From NCBI GenBank assembly GCA_038209745.1, contig JBBQXJ010000020.1, positions 1-60,280 on the forward strand: a stretch of 60,280 nt of DNA, written 5' to 3'. Positions 1 to 10,204 of this stretch are shown here, piece by piece. The position numbers and the translations under genes were made by a program. The notes under the pieces were generated by a model. The model was not told where the DNA came from. It saw only the letters and a list, made by a program, of their open reading frames with translations, and did not search any database. Source of the DNA: Verrucomicrobiota bacterium. Lineage in GTDB: Bacteria > Verrucomicrobiota > Verrucomicrobiia > Limisphaerales > CANJSG01. Within the stretch, counting starts at the first letter, position 1, and each line of letters begins with the position of its first letter.

Positions 1-60
1 CAGCTCCCCGAGATCCTCCCCGCCGCTTGGGCCAGATCCCGCCAGCCCCTCCACAAAATC

Positions 61-111
61 GCGGCATAGCGCGGCATAGATGTCATAGCCTATCGCTACG
101 ACATCTATGCC
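61..111. repeat. 17-bp inverted repeat (hairpin) with an adjacent 9-bp direct repeat
   Basis: GGCATAGATGTCATAGC (73-89), 5-nt loop, GCTACGACATCTATGCC (95-111), one mismatch; GCGGCATAG occurs at 61 and 71. Confidence 0.7.
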
Positions 112-376
112 TTCAACCGGTGCTCGGCAGGACGCTTACGATCAAAAGATGGATCCGCCAAGGACAAAGATCGTGTTTTAGGGTCATGCACCACTGGGCG
201 TTTAGCAGCAACAATTCCAAATGAGGGTTCCAAGGTTCCGAGAGGATTCCACGATCGATCTTCCTGATCGTGGAGCGCGGTGGAATCCGGTTGGGTCGAC
301 AGATTGCCGGCTTCAAGAGCCGTGGGTCCGCCTGAGCGGAGCAACGCTCGTGCAGGCATGATCGCACGGTAATGGG

Positions 377-1564
377 CTAGCGGCTTGGCGAGGTGAGGTC
401 GATGGCGGCTGACACTTCGTCGACCCGGATCAACTCCATCAAGGTCTTCTCATACTCCAGGTTTTCTCCGATTTGGTGGCAGGGTCCTTTCCCCGGGTCG
501 AACTGGTGGGTGACCACGCGGGATTGTTCCCCGGAGGGTGCCCAGACCGGAAGCAGGCCGCCGCCAAACAACGCAGTGCTGGGAATCCCGAGCGCTGCGG
601 CCAAATGCATGGGACCGGAATCCACCGTCACGACATGATCGAGCTGCTCCAACTGGTGCCGCCATTCGCCGATGGATGCGCACTCCACGATAGGCACCGC
701 GGAACCCAGATGAAGCCGGACATCCTGGGTTTGGCCCGGACCTCCGAGCCCCACGAGATTCCAGTCCCCTTTCCGGAGATGGTCCGCTAGTCCGTGCCAG
801 CGAGCGGGTGGCCACAGCTTGCCGGCCCAGGGTGCCATCGGAATCAAGCCGATGGATCGCGTCGCTGGTTTGTGGATGGATGCCGATCGAGCGAATCGAG
901 GTGGGCGTATTTCGGCGGGTTCCATGCCTAGGAGCTCCATGCTGGCGAGATTGCTGCGCCATTTGTTCCATCGACGGTCCCATTTCCAGGTTTCGGCGGC
1001 CCAATGGGAGTTCCCGGCGTTCGAGTGGCTGTAGTCCGAGAGCGTCAGGACCCGGGAGGCGCCTGCACGCCAAAGAAGGGCGACGCTGCGGAGGTCTCCC
1101 CGCGGATCGATCGCGATCGCGGCTCGGGCTGCCGGCTCCAACGCAGTGGTGGCAATCGAGAGCGCGGTCCGCAGGCGGGCCAGCTGGTATTTTTCAGCGC
1201 CGGAATAGGAGGCCCACGGGAGCGTGAGGGGCAGCCATTGAAAGTGGTCGGAAGCCGGGATCAGGTCGGCCCACCGGGATTGTCCCGCAAGGGTGACGTG
1301 CGTCCCGGCGGCGAGAAGATTGGAGACGAGCGGTTCCAACGCGATGATGTCCCCCATGCCGAACGGTTCCAGAATCAGAACCCGCAAGGGCAAGCCGGGT
1401 GTCGGGGCTGGGGCGCGAACGCGGTATCGGAATTTCAGCCCGAGGCAGGCAAGTCCGAGCGCGTGGTTGAGGATCCGCTTCTTCCGGGAGACCGAAAGAA
1501 CCTGCGCCTGGGGCAGGGGATGACCCGGATGGTAGAGGCTCATCGTGAGGCAGGGCGTCGCCAT
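377..1564 (-). CDS. Glycosyltransferase family 9 (heptosyltransferase-like)
   Basis: GMGDII near the N-terminus, K.WP motif, VTVDSGPMHLAAALGIPSTALFG signature. Confidence 0.85.
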   Translation of the reverse strand: MATPCLTMSLYHPGHPLPQAQVLSVSRKKRILNHALGLACLGLKFRYRVRAPAPTPGLPLRVLILEPFGMGDIIALEPLVSNLLAAGTHVTLAGQSRWADLIPASDHFQWLPLTLPWASYSGAEKYQLARLRTALSIATTALEPAARAAIAIDPRGDLRSVALLWRAGASRVLTLSDYSHSNAGNSHWAAETWKWDRRWNKWRSNLASMELLGMEPAEIRPPRFARSASIHKPATRSIGLIPMAPWAGKLWPPARWHGLADHLRKGDWNLVGLGGPGQTQDVRLHLGSAVPIVECASIGEWRHQLEQLDHVVTVDSGPMHLAAALGIPSTALFGGGLLPVWAPSGEQSRVVTHQFDPGKGPCHQIGENLEYEKTLMELIRVDEVSAAIDLTSPSR

Positions 1565-1739
1565 GGGATCGTCCCGTCCTGCGTTGCATCCGAGTCGATG
1601 CCAAGAAAAGCGTGCTTTGAGAATTCGGTCGGCGCCATGCGAATTGGGTCAGAGTTTATCGATCAATCAACTTGACCTCCGCGTGGGCGAGTTGCGATTC
1701 AAATGCAGGTCACAGGAACGGGGCCAAAGTGATTTTCCA

Positions 1740-2423
1740 ATGGAAAAAATTCAAGCAATGGAAGGAGCGCGCACGGCACTTGATGGATCCATCAAGGTCC
1801 GGCCTCCCAGCCTTCGGAAGGCCTCAAAGACGACCCCGCCCAAGGCGCAAAGCGGTGACCCCGCCGGGACACGGGGATTCGTGGTCTGGTTCACCGGCTT
1901 TTCCGCTTCGGGCAAGTCCGCTTTGGCCGCTGCTTTGGCGGATCGTCTCCGCGCGATGGACCAAGCATGCTGCATCCTGGACGGAGACGTGATGCGTCGC
2001 GCGCTCTCCTCCGATCTGGGGTTCTCCCGGAACGACCGAAGGGAGAACATTCGTCGGGCAGGGGCCGTGGCCGAAATCTTGGCGGGAACCGGATTGATCT
2101 GCGTCGTCTCCTTCATCTCGCCGTATCGCGAGGACCGGGAACGGATTCGCCAGCAGCTTGGCGCAGCGCGGTTCGTTGAGGTTTTCGTAAATGCTCCGAT
2201 TGAGCTGTGTGAAAAGCGTGATCCCAAGGGCCTTTACAAGAAAGCCAGGTCAGGACTGATCCCAAACTTCACCGGGATTTCCGATCCTTACGAAGCGCCC
2301 CTGGAACCTGATGTCGAAGTTCGAACCGGAGAAATGACTATTGCCGAGGGAGTCGAAACGATAGTCCAGTCTGAAGCATTTTGTCGGCTCCTTGGGATTC
2401 GAAATCCAAGATTGTCGGGCTAG
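1740..2423 (+). CDS. cysC: Adenylyl-sulfate (APS) kinase
   Basis: WFTGFSASGKS P-loop, LDGDVMR, DLGFS..DR.ENIRR, SFISPY, RDPKGLY, FTGISDPYE. Start placed at ATG 1740; the ORF track extends to 1545. Confidence 0.93.
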   Translation: MEKIQAMEGARTALDGSIKVRPPSLRKASKTTPPKAQSGDPAGTRGFVVWFTGFSASGKSALAAALADRLRAMDQACCILDGDVMRRALSSDLGFSRNDRRENIRRAGAVAEILAGTGLICVVSFISPYREDRERIRQQLGAARFVEVFVNAPIELCEKRDPKGLYKKARSGLIPNFTGISDPYEAPLEPDVEVRTGEMTIAEGVETIVQSEAFCRLLGIRNPRLSG

Positions 2424-2530
2424 GACTGTCGATTTCTCATGGAGTGGTGCGCAGGAAACGGGAAAAGATCGAGGGTCAACGCCTGGGGGTGTCGGAGGTG
2501 CGAATGGCTGCGGTCGGGTTCCTTGGAAGG

Positions 2531-3256
2531 TCAAATCTTGGCCGCGTGCTCAAGGAACTGTCGATGGAGGCCCTCGGCAACTTTAAGGCGCTCACAAACC
2601 AACGCATCGAGAAATTCGATTTCCAGACAGGCGGCCATTTTGGCGCGTTCATCCGACGGCAGATGAAAGTGGCGGTGGTTTACCGTCCCGTCGGGATCCG
2701 TCGTTCCTTTGAGAATTTCTTGCTGCGTCCTCTTCTCGGCCTCGTCGGGAGAGATCGAAGCAACCAGCTGGATTGAGAATCGTTTTTCCGCCGCTTCTAG
2801 GACGTCCATGATCCGGTTCGTGGAGTCTTCGAAACGGACGATGAAAAGCCGGTCGCGGCGTCCCAGCAAGCAGGTGTGGAAATCGATGTAGTAGTTCAAC
2901 TGCTCCAAAACGGGCTTTCCTAGCATCACTGCATAGGATCTCGCGCACTCTTTGGGGTGTCGCAGAACAAATATATGAGGAGTGCCTCGGTCCAGCACCT
3001 CGATGATCATCGGCGGCAGGTGGAGCTGGAAGAGAACCCTGAATCCCTGCGGTTGGCTCGATTTAAGGAAGTGGCCGCAGTAAGTATTCGAGGATCTCGG
3101 AAAACCGACGACGAAGAAGTCTTGAGGGGCGTCGAACTCCTTCGGGTATCTCTTTCTGGCCAGGCCCAAGGCTCGGTAAAGCCGGGGATTTTTCCACACC
3201 GCGCTGCGCCCGATACTTCGGAAAATTTGAAGGAGTTTTTGCTTAGCACTCATCAC
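2531..3256 (-). CDS. Sulfotransferase-family protein
   Basis: VVGFPRSSNTY (5'-PSB loop), LRHP...A.S (3'-PB motif), VRFED; next to APS kinase. Confidence 0.7.
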   Translation of the reverse strand: MMSAKQKLLQIFRSIGRSAVWKNPRLYRALGLARKRYPKEFDAPQDFFVVGFPRSSNTYCGHFLKSSQPQGFRVLFQLHLPPMIIEVLDRGTPHIFVLRHPKECARSYAVMLGKPVLEQLNYYIDFHTCLLGRRDRLFIVRFEDSTNRIMDVLEAAEKRFSIQLVASISPDEAEKRTQQEILKGTTDPDGTVNHRHFHLPSDERAKMAACLEIEFLDALVCERLKVAEGLHRQFLEHAAKI

Positions 3257-3637
3257 CTAGGCTGCGGATTGAACCCAGCGGGATTGCGACGGGCGAGGAA
3301 ATTGTCCGAGCGAGCGCGAGGTGACGCATCCCCGCCAAACTTCTTGTCTAATCCGGGTCGAGGCAGTGGGAGCCTGCGTCCAAAGCGACGCGGAGCCTGC
3401 CCGTCAGACCGGTCTGGAGGGAACCACTGAACGATGAGCGCGTAGCACGATGGGAAATCCGCAGGCTCTTGCCCCGCCCCGGCTGCCGTCCGACGCGTCC
3501 CGCGCTGGACCCGGACGCGTCCCGGGACACACCAAGCGGTGAGTCGTTTCCTGCGCCTCCGGTGGGCCGCGAGGGCGCGGTCCACTGCGCCCGGGGCGGG
3601 CGCGCTCCCCCATCCCCACTGCACCGTGCCGGCTAAT

Positions 3638-3654
3638 TTGGCGTGAGTTTTGCG
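3638..3654 (+). promoter_or_regulatory. Putative sigma54 (-24/-12) promoter upstream of the exosortase
   Basis: TTGGCGTGAGTTTTGCG: GG-N10-GC with TGGC and TTGC cores, about 50 bp before the ATG. Confidence 0.55.
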
Positions 3655-3703
3655 AGTTGGGCTTGGCGGGCAGTTGTTGGCCATGCCAGAATTTGGTCCA
3701 AAC

Positions 3704-4735
3704 ATGAAATCTTCCGCTGACTCCCTCCCAACGACAGAATTGTCGTTCCGAGACGACATCCGGCGACTGTCCGCAGCTTTTCCGCACAAGGCGCTGTTCG
3801 GGACGTTGATTTTGGGTTGGTTTGCCCTTTTCCACTTCTTCGGCAATTCGACCCTCGGCTACCGGCCGACGCACAGCATTTTTGGCTGGCTCAACTTCAT
3901 GTATGAGACAGTGCAGGATGATGCCTTCGGGGCTGTTGTGCCCCTTTTGGTAGCAGGACTTTTGTGGTGGCAACGGGATGATTTGGCCAAGGCTCCAAAG
4001 CGGGTGGCGCCTTCGGCCATGGGGTTGGTCTTGGCAGCGATCGGTCTTCATTTGGTTGGATTCGTGATCCAGCAACCACGGCTGTCAGTGGTGGCGTTTT
4101 TCTTCGGCCTCGGCGGCTGGGTGGCGTTGGTCTGGGGATGGCGTTTTTTTGGGCTGCTGCTGGTTCCTTCCTTGCTGTTCTTTTTCTCTATCCCGCTGAG
4201 CCAGTTGGCTGAGCCCCTCACGTTTCCGCTGCGGATGATCGTGTCGAAGGTCTCCGTCGGAGTTTCGCATGGAATTTTTGGCATCGATGTCCAGCGAGAT
4301 GGCAGTCTCATTTTCAATTCAACCCGCACTTTCCAATACGACGTTGCCCCGGCCTGCAGCGGCATCCGCAGTCTCACGGCGCTCGGGTGCCTCGCATTTG
4401 TCTACGCGCTGATCTCGTTCAAGACCTGGTGGCGCCGGTTGGTGTTGATGGGGGCGGTGATCCCGCTGGCGGTGGCGGGAAATATATTACGGATCATCAC
4501 GGTCATCGTGGTCGCCGAAATGGCAGGGCAGGAGGCAGGCAAAAAGATCGAGACCAATCTGGGATTTTTGACGTTTGCTGTCGCGCTTTTGGGGATGTTC
4601 CTGATCGAGCGCGCGCTTCCGAGCGAGCGAGCGCCTGACTCTCACGCTTCCGATCCGGGCCTTCCTCTTGACTCGGGACCGGTTCCAAGGGAAGCGTCGA
4701 ATCCAACGTTGACCGATATCCAAAATGAACATTGA
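3704..4735 (+). CDS. Exosortase (EpsH family)
   Basis: Multi-pass membrane protein with LT.PLR, VAPACSGIRSL (catalytic Cys) and GNILRI (Arg). Confidence 0.88.
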   Translation: MKSSADSLPTTELSFRDDIRRLSAAFPHKALFGTLILGWFALFHFFGNSTLGYRPTHSIFGWLNFMYETVQDDAFGAVVPLLVAGLLWWQRDDLAKAPKRVAPSAMGLVLAAIGLHLVGFVIQQPRLSVVAFFFGLGGWVALVWGWRFFGLLLVPSLLFFFSIPLSQLAEPLTFPLRMIVSKVSVGVSHGIFGIDVQRDGSLIFNSTRTFQYDVAPACSGIRSLTALGCLAFVYALISFKTWWRRLVLMGAVIPLAVAGNILRIITVIVVAEMAGQEAGKKIETNLGFLTFAVALLGMFLIERALPSERAPDSHASDPGLPLDSGPVPREASNPTLTDIQNEH

Positions 4736-5456
4736 ACAATGCCACAAGAACTGGACGGAACTCGGTAGCCACGACCCCAAGTGGGTTGTTCTGACCGATC
4801 CGGGCAAGTCAGGGAACAAGTGGGGCGACGACGAGTTCCTTTTAACGGGCGAACAGGAAGTGGACAGGATCGTGGACGAACTTCGTGTTCGAGGAATTGT
4901 CCCGCAGTTTGTGGGCGGCAGGGCACTCGATTTTGGATGCGGTCTCGGCCGGTTGAGCCAAGCGCTGGCCCGTCACTTTTCAACGGTGGATGGAGTCGAC
5001 ATTTCCGCGTCCATGGTGGAACAAGCCCGCGTGATCAACCGGCAAGGGCCCAAGGTGTCGTTTCATCTGAACATTGCGCCCGATCTTTCGCTGTTTCCGT
5101 CGAAGTCGTTTGATTTTGTTCTGACTTTGATCGCGCTCCAGCACACACCCAGTCGCTTTCAGGAACGTTACCTGTCCGAGTTCATGAGGCTTCTCAAGCC
5201 CGGTGGGATTTTATGTTTCAACGTCATGCAGCCACGCACTCTTTGGCGCCGGCTGATTCCTGAATGGGTGGCTGAAGTCTGGCGCTCGTTCCGGCACAAG
5301 GGAAAGGCCTACATTCCGATCTATCCCGTTGTGCATTCCCAAGTGATTCGCGCTCTTGGACCAGAGGCGGAACTGGTGTCCTACGATGCCAAGCCAATCG
5401 AGCCGCCGTTTTCGCGTCGTCTCCAATATGGTACCTATTTGGTGCGTCGGAGGTGA
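4725..5456 (+). CDS. Class I SAM-dependent methyltransferase
   Basis: ALDFGCGLGRL, GVDIS..MV, SFDFV, LQH, RLLKPGG; overlaps the exosortase stop. Confidence 0.9.
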   Translation: MNIEQCHKNWTELGSHDPKWVVLTDPGKSGNKWGDDEFLLTGEQEVDRIVDELRVRGIVPQFVGGRALDFGCGLGRLSQALARHFSTVDGVDISASMVEQARVINRQGPKVSFHLNIAPDLSLFPSKSFDFVLTLIALQHTPSRFQERYLSEFMRLLKPGGILCFNVMQPRTLWRRLIPEWVAEVWRSFRHKGKAYIPIYPVVHSQVIRALGPEAELVSYDAKPIEPPFSRRLQYGTYLVRRR

Positions 5457-5563
5457 CAGCACCCGCTTTCTGGGAGAGTTGAGTTTGGCCCGGCGGCTTG
5501 GCTGGAGCTCAAACTTTCCGGGAAGGTGATCGGGGCGATTTGGGGCTTTCGGCGGCAATGGAT

Positions 5564-6364
5564 CTATTTGCCCCACGCCTTGCCGCGAATACCGTCCCAA
5601 AGGAGATAGAGAAGAAACAGGGAGTTGTACTTCACGTATCTCCCGAGGAGTCTGCGTGGTTCGGATAAAAGGCGGAACACCCAACCCAAACCATGTTTCT
5701 GCATCCACTGCGGCTGATCTGGCTTCATGCCCGAGTTGACGTCAAAGCCGAATCCGACGGCCAGAATGACGCCCCGGCTAAGTTTTTCTTTGTAGCGTTG
5801 CACCCAGGCCTGTTGCTTCGGGGTTCCGAAGCCTACCCAGATAAAATCTGGGGAGAGGGCGTTGATTTCATTGATGATTCGCGATTCGTCCGCTGGGTCT
5901 AACCGTCCGTCTGCGCTGCACCGGCCATGAAAGCCTCCGACAAAGCGCACTTCCGGGTTTACTCGGGTGAATACGTTTCTCAATCGTCTGCCGCATTCTT
6001 CCGATCCGCCCAGAAGGTAGTGAGTGAATTCGCCGGGAACACTGTTCAGAAAAAGCCTCATGAACGTCGGTCCGTAAACCCGATCCGGCAGCTTCGCTCC
6101 GGCGCGATTCAGGCACCAGATCAACGGCATTCCGTCCGGGGCGACGTAGTCCAGCGCTCGCGCCGCCGCACGGAACGTTGAGTCGTGCCGGCACATCGTC
6201 ACTGTCTGGGTATTGGCAAAATCCATTGCGCGGACTTGAGGGAGCCGCGCCCAGCGTCGACAGCAGCCTCCCAATTCTTCATAGGTGGTCAGCAACAGGC
6301 GAGATCCGAGCACGGTCAACGTGCACGGATAGGGCGGATCTTGAATCGTCGGGACTTCGCTCAT
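5564..6364 (-). CDS. WecB/TagA/CpsF family glycosyltransferase
   Basis: PDGMPL.W, RVYGP, WVGFGTPKQQ, VG..FD, P.WMQ..GL.W.FRL..EPRRL..RY. Confidence 0.92.
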   Translation of the reverse strand: MSEVPTIQDPPYPCTLTVLGSRLLLTTYEELGGCCRRWARLPQVRAMDFANTQTVTMCRHDSTFRAAARALDYVAPDGMPLIWCLNRAGAKLPDRVYGPTFMRLFLNSVPGEFTHYLLGGSEECGRRLRNVFTRVNPEVRFVGGFHGRCSADGRLDPADESRIINEINALSPDFIWVGFGTPKQQAWVQRYKEKLSRGVILAVGFGFDVNSGMKPDQPQWMQKHGLGWVFRLLSEPRRLLGRYVKYNSLFLLYLLWDGIRGKAWGK

Positions 6365-6676
6365 CGTAGTTGTCAGACGAAGGAAACCCGCTGGGGGCCG
6401 TCATGCAACGATGTTCAGCGAGCAAGCTCCTGTTTTGGCGAGTCGGGTGTTTCGGGGCCGGGCTCTTCGGATCGATTCGTGGGGCGGGCTGATCGGCCTT
6501 TTTAGATTCACCGACAAGACGTTCCGGCCGCGGGTTCAAGGCGCCCTCGCTCCAATAAATCGAACTCGGGGAATGAAGCGGGAAAAGAGGTCGGGGATTG
6601 ACGACTCGATTGGGCACGGGCGATTCGCTTGCACGCAGTGTTGAAAATGATTCCGAGGTGCCTCATCAACGGATCG

Positions 6677-7531
6677 ATGGAAACGCCCGAATCGAGCCTG
6701 CCAGCGCAACAAGTTCCTCAATCGGTTCCGTCCGACGAAGCGCGGATCCTTCGGATGTGGGTCGCCGTGTCCTTGGTCCTGATCGTCGGTTTGGGATTTT
6801 TTTTGGGATACTGGGGACGTCTTCAAAAAATTGGAGAACCCGGCGTGAAAATTGTCAGGCGAGACGTCCACTTGATGCCCCAAAAAATCGGCAAAAACGA
6901 CACGCTGGAATCACTCAAGATCATCGCGACCAATTCCGTCGATCTCCCTGAGAGCGTGCTGAACTACCGGTCTGGTGAGTTGCCGTTGCAAGCGTTGGTC
7001 TACGACACCCTTCCCAAGGACACCACCTTTGGACAGAGAATGTATCAGGCCCCTGACGGGTTGAGGATACAGAACACGGTCGTGCTCATGGGCGCGGACC
7101 GCACTAGCATCCATAAACCGGAATTTTGCCTTGTGGGCAGCGGTTGGCAGATCTTGAAATCTGAAGAGGTCGTCATTCCGATGCTCAGGCCAATTCGTTA
7201 CAATCTTCCTGCAATGCGGATGACCATTCGGCAGGAACGGCAGGTGGCCGGAAAACGAGAAGTGATAGAGGGGGTCTATGTTTTCTGGTTCGTGTCGGGG
7301 GACAAGCTGACTGCCCGTCATCGCGAGCGAATGTGGTGGATGGCCCGGGATCTCATCACCCGGGGCGAGTTGCAGCGGTGGGCCTACGTGATCGCCTTCG
7401 CGATCGGGAATCCGGGGGAAACAGGCCAGACGGACGCGTTGTATGAGCGGCTGTCCCGGTTCGTTCAAGCTTCAGTTCCCGAATATCAGTTGGTTCCTGC
7501 GGTCGGTTCCGCCACGGCGGCTCTTCAATAA
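6677..7531 (+). CDS. Exosortase-associated EpsI-family protein
   Basis: One N-terminal TM segment; LPKDTTF..R.Y, DRTSIHKPEFCLVGSGW and YVFWFV motifs. Start uncertain (6629-6677). Confidence 0.75.
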   Translation: METPESSLPAQQVPQSVPSDEARILRMWVAVSLVLIVGLGFFLGYWGRLQKIGEPGVKIVRRDVHLMPQKIGKNDTLESLKIIATNSVDLPESVLNYRSGELPLQALVYDTLPKDTTFGQRMYQAPDGLRIQNTVVLMGADRTSIHKPEFCLVGSGWQILKSEEVVIPMLRPIRYNLPAMRMTIRQERQVAGKREVIEGVYVFWFVSGDKLTARHRERMWWMARDLITRGELQRWAYVIAFAIGNPGETGQTDALYERLSRFVQASVPEYQLVPAVGSATAALQ

Positions 7532-7631
7532 GAATCGCGAGCCGGATCTTGCCAAAAGAGCCGTGGGTGGGTTAACCGTCCCTTTTGAAACTACCACGCT
7601 GGGCCAGGTGTTGATGTCCTGCTCATAAATC

Positions 7632-9026
7632 ATGCTCCGACGCCATCGCCAAGTTCGCACCCAGGTCCATCAGTTGATGGACACGGTCCTGTTTGCGGTC
7701 GCCCTTTGGCTGGCGCATTTCTTTCGGGCTGGATTGGAGGGCAGAATCGAGGGGTTGGATTCGATTCGTCCGTTTGAAGATTACACGTGGCTGTATCTCG
7801 TGATCCTCCCGTTCGCACCCGTGGTCATGGAAATCCAAGGTGTCTATCAGCGGAGCGCTCTCCAGTCTTTCTGGTCGGTGCTTTGGCGGATCTTGCGCTC
7901 TTCGGCGATTCTTTCGGTGATCCTGATCGCGGTGATCTTCATCTTGAGAAGACAGGAACTGGTCGCGAGGTCGGTCATCATCAATTTCGGCGTGATCGGG
8001 TTCGGGCTGATCGCGGCGAAGGAGTCCCTGTTGCGGGTCCGACACAAAGGACGGTTTGCCAGCCAGGTGATCAAGCGGCGGTTCCTTCTCATCGGGGCAC
8101 CGGAGGATCTGCCTGTCATTCGCGCGGACTTGAAGGCGCAAATGCCCAATGAGATCGATCGCCTGATCGAGTTGAAGGTGGAAGAAGCGACAGAGGATCG
8201 GCTCATGGAAATCCTCCACGGGGACTCGATCAACAGCGTGATCCTCTTGGCCAAGCATGCCAATTTCGGGCAAGTGGAGCAATTGATCCAGCTGTGCGAG
8301 CTGGAGGGCGTCGAGGTCTGGTTGGTGGCGGACTTCTTCAAGACCCAGATTTCCAAGACCTCGCTGGACGATCTGTTTGGTCGCCCCGTTCTGGTCTTCC
8401 GGAGCACGCCGGAAATGTCCTGGGAGGCGGTGGCGAAGCAGTTGATCGACTTCGTCGGGGCGGCGGTGTTGCTTTCGTTCCTCGCGATTCCCCTGCTGGT
8501 GGTGGCGCTGGCGATCAAGCTGACCTCATCCGGTCCGGCGTTTTTCCGGCAGCAGCGCAGCGGTCTGAACGGGCGCCCGTTCACCATGTATAAGTTCCGG
8601 TCGATGGTGACGAACGCCGAGCAGCTCAAGCATGAATTGGCCGCCTTGAACGAGATGAGCGGGCCGGTCTTCAAGGTCACGAACGACCCGCGTGTGACCA
8701 AGATCGGGCGGTTGTTGAGGAAGACCAGCGTCGACGAGTTCCCCCAGCTGATCAACGTGCTCAAGGGTGAGATGAGCCTGGTGGGCCCAAGGCCGCTGCC
8801 GGTGGACGAGGTGACGCGTTTCGACGACTTCGCCCATCGCCGCCGTCTCAGCGTGAAGCCCGGCTTGACCTGCCTGTGGCAGATCAGCGGGCGCAACAAC
8901 GTCAAGGATTTCAAGGATTGGGTCCGGCTCGACCTCGAATATATCGACAATTGGTCGATCTGGCTGGACTTGAAAATTCTGTGGATGACGATTCCGGTCG
9001 TCCTTTTCCAGAAGGGTGCAAAGTAG
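7632..9026 (+). CDS. Priming polyprenyl glycosylphosphotransferase (bacterial sugar transferase)
   Basis: N-terminal TMs; [57 protein letters not shown]. Confidence 0.93.
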   Translation: MLRRHRQVRTQVHQLMDTVLFAVALWLAHFFRAGLEGRIEGLDSIRPFEDYTWLYLVILPFAPVVMEIQGVYQRSALQSFWSVLWRILRSSAILSVILIAVIFILRRQELVARSVIINFGVIGFGLIAAKESLLRVRHKGRFASQVIKRRFLLIGAPEDLPVIRADLKAQMPNEIDRLIELKVEEATEDRLMEILHGDSINSVILLAKHANFGQVEQLIQLCELEGVEVWLVADFFKTQISKTSLDDLFGRPVLVFRSTPEMSWEAVAKQLIDFVGAAVLLSFLAIPLLVVALAIKLTSSGPAFFRQQRSGLNGRPFTMYKFRSMVTNAEQLKHELAALNEMSGPVFKVTNDPRVTKIGRLLRKTSVDEFPQLINVLKGEMSLVGPRPLPVDEVTRFDDFAHRRRLSVKPGLTCLWQISGRNNVKDFKDWVRLDLEYIDNWSIWLDLKILWMTIPVVLFQKGAK

Positions 9027-9066
9027 GCGGACTCGCCGGATTGGATTTGTTCGAACACTAAAGTCT

Positions 9067-10032
9067 ATGGCCAAAGCAAAAAAAACGGTCAGAAAATCCC
9101 AGCTCGTTTCTGTCGTCACCGGGGGCGCCGGTTTTCTCGGATCCCACCTGGTCGACCTCCTTCTGTCCAAGGGGCACAAGGTGATCGTGATCGACAATTT
9201 GATCACGGGTTCCACGGCCAATCTCGACCACTTGGCGGGCAACGCGAATCTCCGGTTCATCCAGCAGGACGTCACCGAGTTTCTCTTTTTGGACGGGCCC
9301 GTGAACTACGTTTGGCACTTTGCGTCTCCGGCCAGCCCCATCGACTATCTGGAGCTACCGATCCAGACCCTCAAGGTCGGTTCCCTGGGCACCCACAAGG
9401 CTCTGGGCTTGGCCCGGGAGAAGGGCGCCCGCTTCCTCTTGACCAGCACCAGCGAGATCTATGGCGATCCTCTGGTCCACCCCCAAACCGAGGAGTACTG
9501 GGGCAACGTCAACACCATCGGACCCCGGGGTTGCTACGACGAATCCAAGCGCTTCGCCGAGGCCATCACCATGGCCTACCATCGTCAGCATCAGATCGAG
9601 ACGAGGATCGTCCGGATCTTCAACACCTACGGACCGCGGATGCGGCTCAACGACGGGCGGGTTGTCCCGGCGTTTGTCAGCCAGGCCTTGCGCGGCCAGC
9701 CGATCACGGTCTTCGGAAAGGGACTCCAGACGCGCAGTTTCTGCTACGTCAGCGACCTGATAGAGGGGATCTACCGCTTGATGATGAGCGACTACTCGAT
9801 GCCTGTAAACATTGGGAATCCGCACGAAATGACCATGCTGGAATTCGCCAGCGCGATCATCAAGGCGACGGGTTCCAAGTCGAAGATCATCCACAAGCCA
9901 TTGCCCCAGGACGATCCCCAGCAGCGCAAGCCGGACATCACCCGGGCCAAGAAGATTCTCGATTGGGAGCCTGTGGTGACTTTGGAGGCCGGTTTGGCGG
10001 CGGCGATCGAGTATTTTGCCAAGCGGATCTGA
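9067..10032 (+). CDS. UDP-glucuronate decarboxylase (UDP-xylose synthase)-like SDR
   Basis: [56 protein letters not shown]. Confidence 0.92.
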   Translation: MAKAKKTVRKSQLVSVVTGGAGFLGSHLVDLLLSKGHKVIVIDNLITGSTANLDHLAGNANLRFIQQDVTEFLFLDGPVNYVWHFASPASPIDYLELPIQTLKVGSLGTHKALGLAREKGARFLLTSTSEIYGDPLVHPQTEEYWGNVNTIGPRGCYDESKRFAEAITMAYHRQHQIETRIVRIFNTYGPRMRLNDGRVVPAFVSQALRGQPITVFGKGLQTRSFCYVSDLIEGIYRLMMSDYSMPVNIGNPHEMTMLEFASAIIKATGSKSKIIHKPLPQDDPQQRKPDITRAKKILDWEPVVTLEAGLAAAIEYFAKRI

Positions 10033-10094
10033 GAATTGGTCGAAATCCACCCGAGAATCTGGCCGACACGAAACGGTATTAACCGGGTTTTCCA

Positions 10095-10123
10095 TTGACC
10101 CCCCAGATGTATTTCTGTAACCC
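10095..10123 (+). promoter_or_regulatory. Possible sigma70 promoter for the pilus-like operon
   Basis: TTGACC-17 bp-TAACCC, about 80 bp upstream of pilM; weak -10 match. Confidence 0.35.
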
Positions 10124-10204
10124 AACCCGAACTTCCTCGGAACGTGACTCGCAACCCAGTTGTGGATTCGTGTGTGAGGCGACGTATTGCAACCCTAACA
10201 ACGG

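Noticed and set aside
27..367. Short ORFs at the window start
   Set aside because: No recognisable motifs, they overlap each other, and the region looks intergenic
5468..5527. Imperfect hairpin between the methyltransferase and the WecB/TagA gene
   Set aside because: Probably an ordinary terminator between convergent genes; too imperfect to call with confidence
10177..10192. sigma54-like GGCGACGTATTGC before pilM, and GGCTGCGAATTGC before the PEP-CTERM gene
   Set aside because: GG-GC spacing is 9 rather than the required 10 bp
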